Assembly: GCA_902595755.1 (NCBI GenBank)
Contig: CACJRF010000006.1
Coordinates: 5,911 to 69,910 of the forward strand
Reading direction: 5' to 3'
Length of the DNA: 64,000 nucleotides
Source: an uncultured Alphaproteobacteria bacterium
GTDB lineage: Bacteria; Pseudomonadota; Alphaproteobacteria; Methylaequorales; Methylaequoraceae
Made by a program: the position numbers and the translations under genes
The notes under the pieces: generated by a model
Told to the model about the DNA's origin: nothing
Seen by the model: only the letters and a program-made list of their open reading frames with translations
Database searches by the model: none
Part shown: positions 53,001-59,128 of the stretch, piece by piece
Numbering within the stretch: position 1 is the first letter of the stretch
Layout of the letters: each line of letters opens with the position of its first letter

Positions 53001-53902
53001 ACTTTTGCTGGTGTTGAATCAATTAATGTTTGTAAATCATCTAATTTATAAAGTGCTGATCCTTTACCTTCCAAGAAATAGTTATCATCAGGAACAGATG
53101 TAGTTTGCTGACCGAAACGGTCAATAAAGATTGGCTGTTGAGTATCTGTTACTGAACGAACCAAATCTGGATCAATTACAGTGTCGTTAATTACCAATCT
53201 TGTTTCAAACTTATTCGTAGGGTCGTCAGCTGATGCTGCTTGTGTTCGAATAAAAAATATGGTTGCAATCGTTGGGTTACCTAAATCATCAAAGATCGTG
53301 ATTGAAGTTGAATTATTGTAAGTGGTTGGATCATTAGGATCAAAGACATAACCATTTTCAAATTGTGGTTTATCAGTAATAATTTCACTTGTAGCAGATA
53401 CGTTTACACCCAGCTCAATTGATGTTGTCGCCTTTGGTGTTCCTGAAGTTACTGGAAGTTGCAGTGGTACAGCACTGACTAAGTCTTTTGCTGTTACTGA
53501 ACCATCCTCGTTCACTGGAAAAGTAAGCAAAAACTGTCCAGATGAATCAGTAACATATCTATCATTATTAACGTTAAATGAGCCATTCCTTGTATAAACT
53601 GTTTGACCAGATGTCAATGATGGTTTTAAGGAGAAAAAACCTTGTCCTGAAATCGCTACGTCTAATACGTTAAGGGATGAAGTAATGTTACCTTGAGTGA
53701 ACTGCTGTTTTACACTTTTTAGAATTGTACCAGAACCGATTGAAGATGAAGCATTTTGTAATGGAGAAGTTGCAAAAATATCACCAAATTCTGCCCTTGA
53801 TCTTTTAAAACCAGTCGTGTTAACGTTTGCAATATTGTTTGAAGTAGCCGAAATATCGGACTGCGCTCCATTTAACCCTGTTAATGCTGTATAAAATGAC
53901 AT
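50006..53902 (-). CDS. flgE: Flagellar hook protein FlgE, giant (1298 aa)
   Basis: N-terminal SNNIANVNTTGFK/DVAISGQGFF/YTRNGSF; FlaE-type YNNSTSITIFDDLG; C-terminal ANYTNGQ/LANFNN/SGSLERSNVDITEELVNLITAQRNFQANAK; lies between flgD and flgF. Confidence 0.95.
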   Translation of the reverse strand: MSFYTALTGLNGAQSDISATSNNIANVNTTGFKRSRAEFGDIFATSPLQNASSSIGSGTILKSVKQQFTQGNITSSLNVLDVAISGQGFFSLKPSLTSGQTVYTRNGSFNVNNDRYVTDSSGQFLLTFPVNEDGSVTAKDLVSAVPLQLPVTSGTPKATTSIELGVNVSATSEIITDKPQFENGYVFDPNDPTTYNNSTSITIFDDLGNPTIATIFFIRTQAASADDPTNKFETRLVINDTVIDPDLVRSVTDTQQPIFIDRFGQQTTSVPDDNYFLEGKGSALYKLDDLQTLIDSTPAKVTGESSAFDFGEEGDKTVTVVTDPMKFNSTRESGDTSSSIYWGTNFMTINVDNSDQPVNIDIRPGSYNAAQLSTEIQRAINSAYGDDKKIQIVQNVDDTLTIDLLKLNADGTSTGLTTPVSVDLLSDSYVSNLEGIVLTGASPDFTREQFLAHAQARLNAALNEYAVTPSTDAVNSATALGVGDSLFYRASGKSISTILDQSQAFTFNHRTADDGSSATSNTAANLTANGSLSTGRHLTYSYYGKSPELHVYDEMDSLGDNASTTAVEFDQSENTVRFYFGTTDPALTANEKVRFIGKFYSDTTQNANADFVNGREFTISTTGTETSGGNTYYYVEASTAGLNFPDSDFSLSVADANDSANIYSEQSTAVEAFFEGAQNVYSGAPVNFSSSKIVIREIGSTTKHDYTNADMVTKTTAEGAAKNIIDDLVEVFTLTDTETSAGTTLDTYELTGLGENTNANTRDTYLNGDGTTDDQTIPATHWVDEKDPPIEVSYDVLNQRLQFEVDRNLIGTGTNSNFNSFKIFGSTTATSENNLGIPTADDTPETLIRGGVKFSAGTFVADGAEIQLNDKRFGVKVGYNSELKAFEFSSGTTGETIAANGAIGVTEAQTASSIVVGRYLLSTTDGSVTDSTDFFSGDNNLLGIGVTKTNAITTDAKGLAAQPAQAVGASATEDLTQVFRLSNLGNENIFNVSVNGVAGVIEIPQGFYVGTTLAEALQERINQIEDESGTVGGGITVKYNSDTNSFTFTNGTTGKDSTIKVRGASKFGLDNVDLGVGSVPQIYNLIQATNAEGLNLFVDADGNKVTTPPANLVDGYFPLYIDEGELTFDKSGSIVSPKQGVHYEKQEAGFSIDLDIDFTKSTQLAQPFFVSTVNQDGFTSGRLDGLEIDASGTVRANYTNGQNNPLGKIVLANFNNQNGLKQIGNATYVETAVSGTATVGEAGAEGFGTVLSGSLERSNVDITEELVNLITAQRNFQANAKSIETTAATTQSIVNIRM

Positions 53903-53923
53903 TTTTTCTTTCTCCTTTAAGTA

Positions 53924-54628
53924 TTAATCGTTAGTTTTTAATTTTATGGCGTCATTTGCTGAAATTTCTCCATAATCTTTAGTTTCTAAAATTACGTCCT
54001 CACTATCTTTTGGAGCAGAAGCAGCAATGACTTTATTGTACACAGCTGTACTTATTCCGTCACTTGCTTGACCATTCCCTGCATAGGCTTGAATCGTAAG
54101 TCTTGTCTTATTTCTTTTGATTTCATCTGGAATATCAGTCCAACTGAAACCAACTAAACCTCTATCATTTGAACCAAGGTTCATCGTGTGAACAATTTCA
54201 CCACTTGGATTTGTAAAAGTTAAACCTACATCGTTTGAGTAACTAGGTAAATCAACAACTCCGTGAATCTCACCCTTATCATCAGGACTTACAACTTGTC
54301 CAGGGACAAGAACTGAATGTCCTAAAAATTGTGCAGCTGTAGCTACACGATTAGGTTCAAGTTTTGATCCTAAATTAGTTAAGTTACTATTAATTTCAGT
54401 AATACCTGTTACCGTTGAAAATTGAGCCATCTGCGCAATAAAATCTCCGTTATCCATTGGAGCAAATGGATCTTGATTTTGAAGTTGAGTGGTCATGAGC
54501 TTTAAAAAATCTTCCTGACCTAATTTGTTTTTATTACCTTCTTTTTTTACATCTTCTTGCGTTCTTACTCCAAGTTTATTTAGAATATTATTTAAAGATT
54601 GTTCTGATGTTTTTGAAATATCTGCCAT
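53924..54628 (-). CDS. flgD: Hook capping protein FlgD
   Basis: LGQEDFLKLMTTQLQNQDPFAPMDNGDFIAQMAQFS. Confidence 0.97.
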   Translation of the reverse strand: MADISKTSEQSLNNILNKLGVRTQEDVKKEGNKNKLGQEDFLKLMTTQLQNQDPFAPMDNGDFIAQMAQFSTVTGITEINSNLTNLGSKLEPNRVATAAQFLGHSVLVPGQVVSPDDKGEIHGVVDLPSYSNDVGLTFTNPSGEIVHTMNLGSNDRGLVGFSWTDIPDEIKRNKTRLTIQAYAGNGQASDGISTAVYNKVIAASAPKDSEDVILETKDYGEISANDAIKLKTND

Positions 54629-54639
54629 TTTTTACCCCT

Positions 54640-55053
54640 TTATTTTCCTAAACTTGCAGTTTTAAGCATTAGCGCTTTAATTGTTGAAATTACCTCTACA
54701 TTATTTTGATAATGTCTCGATGCCTCAAGCATATCCACGTATTCTTCTTCAATATTCACAGGTGCTCTATATATAAAACCATTCTCATCAGCCATAGGGT
54801 GACCAGGTTTATATTCTTTTATCGGATCTATATCCATCTTTTGAACAGTTACCGCATCAACTGTAGAAATCCCTTTTTTCCTAATTAGATCAAAATATTT
54901 TGTTTCAAATACTGGTTTTACAGGTTTGTAAGCATCATTAGGATTTGATGCAATATTATCTGCGTTGGCTAAATTACTAGCCGTAGCATTAAGCCTTACT
55001 AGCTGAGCTCCCATTGCCCTTTGTGCTATGTGATAAATATTTTTAATATCCAT
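54640..55053 (-). CDS. flgC: Rod protein FlgC
   Basis: ASNLANAD, PGHPMADENG, PVNIEEE...ASRHYQNN. Confidence 0.95.
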   Translation of the reverse strand: MDIKNIYHIAQRAMGAQLVRLNATASNLANADNIASNPNDAYKPVKPVFETKYFDLIRKKGISTVDAVTVQKMDIDPIKEYKPGHPMADENGFIYRAPVNIEEEYVDMLEASRHYQNNVEVISTIKALMLKTASLGK

Positions 55054-55442
55054 TATTCACCCCTTATCGCCCCAAGTAACCCTCTAATTTTTGAATTAAT
55101 AAAATCTAAAGTTGTTTGATATCTAATCGAGTTTTCAGCAAATTCCATCTGTTCAACTGCAAGTTCAACAGTATTTCCATCAACAGAAGGGTTAATTGAC
55201 TGACGATATTGAACTTTGCCTGGTAAATACTTAGTAGTTAATGCTATATGAGCATCACTTGATGTTTTTAGAGGTCCGTTGTTTAATGATCTTGCTAATT
55301 CCACCTCAAAGTCAACATCTCTTGCTTTAAAATTTGGTGTAGAAGCATTGGCAATGTTAGACGCAAGAATCTCATTCTTTTTGTTTCTAATGTTTAATGC
55401 ATTGCTGTACACATCAAATTGTTGTTTAATACTATTATTCAT
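55053..55442 (-). CDS. flgB: Rod protein FlgB (129 aa)
   Basis: ATG at 55442; ILASNIANASTPNFKARD, DGNTVE. The track's 285-aa version is an antisense read of the neighbouring gene. Confidence 0.95.
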   Translation of the reverse strand: MNNSIKQQFDVYSNALNIRNKKNEILASNIANASTPNFKARDVDFEVELARSLNNGPLKTSSDAHIALTTKYLPGKVQYRQSINPSVDGNTVELAVEQMEFAENSIRYQTTLDFINSKIRGLLGAIRGE

Positions 55443-55458
55443 ATTTTTTTTTCGCTTT

Positions 55459-55474
55459 TGGTTTGGAATTTGCA
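55459..55474 (+). promoter_or_regulatory. Possible second sigma54 promoter, for the 55507 ORF
   Basis: Plus strand TGGTTTGGAATTTGCA = GG-N10-GC with a perfect TTGCA but a weaker -24 element. Confidence 0.4.
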
Positions 55475-55486
55475 AATTGAATGCCA
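55471..55486 (-). promoter_or_regulatory. sigma54 (-24/-12) promoter of flgBCDEF
   Basis: Minus strand TGGCATTCAATTTGCA = GG-N10-GC, close to the TGGCAC-N5-TTGCW consensus, about 30 nt above the flgB ATG. Confidence 0.8.
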
Positions 55487-55506
55487 AAAGAAAGGTTGTT
55501 AATTTT

Positions 55507-56448
55507 ATGAATGAAAAAAATGAGTTAAACACAAACTTAGATCCTGAAGTTGAAAAAATAAGAGACCAAATAATTTCAAAAATAGGAGATAAACCTTTAG
55601 ATGAAGTAAACCAAGTCATCAAAAAATTGCTAATGGAAAATATGGATGAAACAATGAGACTTGCTGCACTGGCGGCAAGAGTAAAGATTATTAGAGGGAA
55701 AATTTCCTTATTATATGATAATAAAATTGAAATTAATAAACCAAAAACAAAACCTGTTGAACAAAAGTCAGATGAAAAAACAAATATTAAAGAAGAGAAA
55801 TGGGTCAGAATAAAGATGCTTGAGTCTGGTGAAGTCAACGGTAAACAAATTGATAAGGATGTAATACTAGATGTTAAAGAAGAAGACTCAAAAATTCTTA
55901 TAAATGCCAAAAAAGCAGAAATAGTTATAGATAAAGCTGATAAGCCTGATCAGACGAAAAAAGCAGATATTGACCCTGAAAAAAAAGCTAGTGTAAAAAA
56001 TGATATCCAAGAGGAGGCTAAAGAAAGTAAATCTGATAAAAGTACTAATGAGGCAGAACAAAATATTGAGGATAAAAATAAAAAAGATCTTTTAGATAAG
56101 CATGAAAAGAAAGAAAAAGATGGCAAAATTGAAGATAAAATGGAAGATTCAAAAGAGTCTAAATCTGATGAGAATAAGACGGCTGAACAAGCTGCACCGT
56201 CTTCTGAGAGCAAACCATTAGAAGAGGCTAAAAGTAAAGAAGATAAACCGGCTGAACAAGCTGCACCTGCATCTGAGAGCAAACCAGTAGAAGATGCTAA
56301 AGGTGAAGAAGATAAACCGGTTGCACAAGCTATACCTTCTTCTGAGAGCAAACCAGAAGAAAAGGCTCAAGGTGAAGATAAACCGGTTGCACAAGCTACA
56401 CCTTCTTCTGAGAGCAAACCAGTAGAAGAAAATAATTCTAAAAACTAA
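55507..56448 (+). CDS. Hypothetical protein (313 aa) with a small folded domain and a Lys/Glu/Asp-rich repeat tail
   Basis: ATG at 55507 preferred because the longer ORF overlaps flgB antisense; no signal peptide or TM segment seen. Confidence 0.8.
   Translation: MNEKNELNTNLDPEVEKIRDQIISKIGDKPLDEVNQVIKKLLMENMDETMRLAALAARVKIIRGKISLLYDNKIEINKPKTKPVEQKSDEKTNIKEEKWVRIKMLESGEVNGKQIDKDVILDVKEEDSKILINAKKAEIVIDKADKPDQTKKADIDPEKKASVKNDIQEEAKESKSDKSTNEAEQNIEDKNKKDLLDKHEKKEKDGKIEDKMEDSKESKSDENKTAEQAAPSSESKPLEEAKSKEDKPAEQAAPASESKPVEDAKGEEDKPVAQAIPSSESKPEEKAQGEDKPVAQATPSSESKPVEENNSKN
56173..56430 (+). repeat. Four in-frame tandem repeats, periods 69/69/66 bp
   Basis: TCTGAGAGCAAACCA at 56203, 56272, 56341 and 56407; encodes ~23-aa units KP(A/V)(E/A)QA.PSSESKP.E. 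Confidence 0.95.
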
Positions 56449-56529
56449 GATTGAAATAAAAACTAATTAAGAAAAATTTTGCTAAGATTATTTTATAAAT
56501 ATTAAATTAATATCTAGATTGAGGAGCAT

Positions 56530-56880
56530 TTGATAAAAAAAATAAAAATACTTTCAATAATATTTTGTATAATAATTTTATATGGATGCGAAGATCTTTT
56601 TCTAAGGTTTAAATATGAGACCCACGAATGTAAACCAAATCGTGTCAATTTAAATAAAATTTTTATTAAAAACTATGATCAAGGGGATGATGTAGATGTT
56701 GAAATAGGTGATTATTTACATAAGTTTAAAATTACTTATATAAGTGATGAAAAAATGTATTTAGTTGAAGAAGCAGAAGATTTTGTTATTAAAATATATA
56801 GAAAAACCAACAAAATAGAGGCGAGGGTAGATAATTTAATTCTCAATGTTCAGTGCACTAAAGAAACATTTAAAATGTAA
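56530..56880 (+). CDS. Hypothetical lipoprotein
   Basis: GAGGAG then TTG start; lipobox LYG-C at residue 20; two further Cys near the ends of a beta-rich domain. Confidence 0.7.
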   Translation: MIKKIKILSIIFCIIILYGCEDLFLRFKYETHECKPNRVNLNKIFIKNYDQGDDVDVEIGDYLHKFKITYISDEKMYLVEEAEDFVIKIYRKTNKIEARVDNLILNVQCTKETFKM

Positions 56881-57306
56881 CTAACCTTTTCCATGATATT
56901 TAATAATAGGCTCTACTTCTTCGGTAGTTAAGTTAGTAGCTTCTGATATTTCAGATATAGATTTACCTTGATTTGCCATCTGAATAGCTAGTGTAATTTT
57001 AGATTCTCCACTTGAAGAGTCAGCTAATCTTGCAATTTCTAGATCGATTTTTTCTAATGAATACTTATAATCTTGAATAGCCTTTTTTTGATCTGAAAAA
57101 AGCAGTTCGAATGCTCTAAATTCTTCAATTAAATCTTTAATAGCTCTTTCAAGCATGAATATTCTTTGAAGGTTTTGCTTATTTTTTTTATTATCAATTA
57201 AATATGCAACTAAAACTAAACATATTATAAATACTGTAAATATAAGAAAAAAAGTGAAGATTGTCCCTGAGGGATCATTTTTTATCAAATTATTAAAATA
57301 ATTCAT
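56881..57306 (-). CDS. DUF2802-like protein (TM anchor, coiled coil, C-terminal HTH-like motif)
   Basis: C-terminus LAIQMANQGKSISEISEATNLTTEEVEPII fits the DUF2802 pattern. Confidence 0.65.
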   Translation of the reverse strand: MNYFNNLIKNDPSGTIFTFFLIFTVFIICLVLVAYLIDNKKNKQNLQRIFMLERAIKDLIEEFRAFELLFSDQKKAIQDYKYSLEKIDLEIARLADSSSGESKITLAIQMANQGKSISEISEATNLTTEEVEPIIKYHGKG

Positions 57307-57343
57307 GATTGTATGTTATTATTTTATATAATTTATCTCAACT

Positions 57344-57622
57344 TTAATTAATTTTTCTATCTTTTAGATATTTCATGAAATCTGCAAAAGTTTTGTTTCT
57401 CTGTTCTTGATTTTGGTCTAGGTTTTTAATTACTTCACCTAACGTATCAACACTTTGCTTTAAATCTTTATCATCTTCGGAGTATTTATTTTCCTCTATT
57501 AAGCCCTTTAGATCTTTGATTATCAGTTCAACCTTTTCTTCCAATCTAATAACATCTTCTGTATCACTAGCTTTTTCCAGCTCTTTGAGAGCTGAGATAA
57601 GTAAATCAAGAATTTGTTTCAT
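57344..57622 (-). CDS. Small helical acidic protein in the flgN position (possible export chaperone)
   Basis: 92 aa, all-helical amphipathic pattern, 9 nt downstream of flgM; no diagnostic motif recognised. Confidence 0.45.
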   Translation of the reverse strand: MKQILDLLISALKELEKASDTEDVIRLEEKVELIIKDLKGLIEENKYSEDDKDLKQSVDTLGEVIKNLDQNQEQRNKTFADFMKYLKDRKIN

Positions 57623-57631
57623 TAAAGAAAC

Positions 57632-57946
57632 TTATTTTATTTCTTTATGGACTTGTATTAGAGCATCAGCTAGTTTTTCTAAATCAAGCGGATATGTCCC
57701 GCTAGCTATTGCAGCTTTGATTCTTGTAACAGCTGTCTTATCAATAGGTGGTTCACTTGCCATTTTTTTTACCTTTTCTTTGGAAATGAACTGCGAAACC
57801 TTTCCGTTATTGGACTCAACATCAGTGGTAAGATGACTAACTTTCGAAACCTTAGCATCCGAAACTTTATTAGTTACTGACTCGCTGGTAACCTTGTTAT
57901 TATTGAGGTCGGTTCCTAGGTTTTTTGGTTTAATTTGGTCAATCAT
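57632..57946 (-). CDS. flgM: Anti-sigma28 factor FlgM
   Basis: PPIDKTAVTRIKAAIASGTYPLDLEKLADALI. Confidence 0.9.
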   Translation of the reverse strand: MIDQIKPKNLGTDLNNNKVTSESVTNKVSDAKVSKVSHLTTDVESNNGKVSQFISKEKVKKMASEPPIDKTAVTRIKAAIASGTYPLDLEKLADALIQVHKEIK

Positions 57947-57958
57947 TTTATAATCCTT

Positions 57959-58684
57959 TTAATTATTAACGACATTAGGTTCAAATTGTTTAGGGTTAAA
58001 TACAACATTTTTTTTATTTTTTGCATAAACTTGCAATATTTTACCACTTTTTATATTTTTAACAATCAATCTATCCATAAAATTCGCATTTTCCATAGCA
58101 ATTCCAGATTCTCTGATAGTTATGTTGCCTTTATTGTTGATTATTGTAACTACAGTATTCTTTTCTATTAACCAATCATTTAGTAAGTCGTTATATTGTA
58201 GTGAAATACTTTTATTCATATTTCTTTTAAGCTTTTTGCCAACAATATCTGAATGATTTGTGATGTAGACACTCTGACCTACTAATTTTTTATTAACCTC
58301 AGTTAAATGTTCTTTTGTTAAGATTGTACCATTTTTGAGGTTTCTTTTTAAAGCAAAGGTTTTAACCGTTTTTTTTCTTTTATCTGTGACTTTTCTTTCT
58401 TTTTTGTTTCTTAAGATTATTCGCCATGGATTTTTATCTACACATTTAATTTTAATCAAATTATAATTACCAGAAATATCGCTTATAATCATCTTAGATT
58501 TCTCACAAAAGGGATACTTTAGTTCGTCCAAAATCTTTACGTTCGGTAATTGATTTTGTTCTTGAAGCCAACTATTGACAATAGTTTTTAGTTCTATTCC
58601 ACTTATAGTATTTGAAAGTAAATTATTTGTACTCAAAGAACTAAAAGTAAAAGTAAGTAATATTATTTTAAAAATTATTTTCAT
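57959..58684 (-). CDS. flgA: P-ring assembly chaperone FlgA
   Basis: Signal peptide; SAF-like ALKRNLKNGTIL; C-terminal GIAMENANFMDRLIVKNIKSGKILQV; upstream of flgM. Confidence 0.85.
   Translation of the reverse strand: MKIIFKIILLTFTFSSLSTNNLLSNTISGIELKTIVNSWLQEQNQLPNVKILDELKYPFCEKSKMIISDISGNYNLIKIKCVDKNPWRIILRNKKERKVTDKRKKTVKTFALKRNLKNGTILTKEHLTEVNKKLVGQSVYITNHSDIVGKKLKRNMNKSISLQYNDLLNDWLIEKNTVVTIINNKGNITIRESGIAMENANFMDRLIVKNIKSGKILQVYAKNKKNVVFNPKQFEPNVVNN
57966..57992 (-). promoter_or_regulatory. Putative sigma28 promoter for flgM inside the flgA 3' end
   Basis: Minus strand TAAA-N15-GTCGTTAA versus consensus TAAA-N15-GCCGATAA. Confidence 0.6.
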
Positions 58685-58687
58685 ATA

Positions 58688-59119
58688 TTATGGACTAAAA
58701 AAATAAATGTGTTCGCGTTGTGAACTTTGTGTTGAACTGAAATTTTTTGAATTTTTAACCAAATTCATTATGTGATCAATTGAGGGTATAACCAAAGTTT
58801 TTCCTGCAAACATGTAGTTAGGATTTTTTCTAACAAAAGCATGTTTGTTTATCTCAATTAATGAAACCTCAACTATTCTCATATTCAGTCCACTATTACC
58901 ATAATACTTTTTAAGTATATCACTAAGCGATTCACCATTTTTTATCTTATGTTTCACGCTATAACTTTGATTCTTAACAAAAATGTTATCTTTATTTAAT
59001 TTACCACTGCTATCATGACCTTGATTATAATCTAGTACTACAAAAGGTTCATTGGATTTAGCTTGGTATATCGAAGTAGTTAAGATTGAAAAAATTATTA
59101 TAAAAATTTTTAGTTTCAT
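58688..59119 (-). CDS. Exported protein with a single FimV/HubP-type LysM domain
   Basis: Signal peptide; HKIKNGESLSDILKKYY...INKHAFVRKNPNYMFAGKTLVIP. Confidence 0.7.
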   Translation of the reverse strand: MKLKIFIIIFSILTTSIYQAKSNEPFVVLDYNQGHDSSGKLNKDNIFVKNQSYSVKHKIKNGESLSDILKKYYGNSGLNMRIVEVSLIEINKHAFVRKNPNYMFAGKTLVIPSIDHIMNLVKNSKNFSSTQSSQREHIYFFSP

Positions 59120-59128
59120 TTCACATTC

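Noticed and set aside
49185-54628. Slightly higher GC in flgE/flgF as proof of recent transfer
   Set aside because: Spot counts (~35%) resemble conserved housekeeping genes such as gatA and can be explained by Gly/Ala/Thr content; proper codon analysis is needed.
55443-55910. N-terminal 155 aa of the track's 285-aa flgB ORF, and the 55279 start of the opposite ORF
   Set aside because: Mutual antisense read-through. FlgB homology starts at ATG 55442, and sigma54 promoters lie in the gap.
56173-56430. Tandem repeats as a possible CRISPR array
   Set aside because: In-frame coding repeats with no unique spacers and no cas genes.
55507-56448. Repeat protein as the FliK hook-length ruler
   Set aside because: The low-complexity region is C-terminal and no FliK C-terminal T3S4 domain is recognisable.
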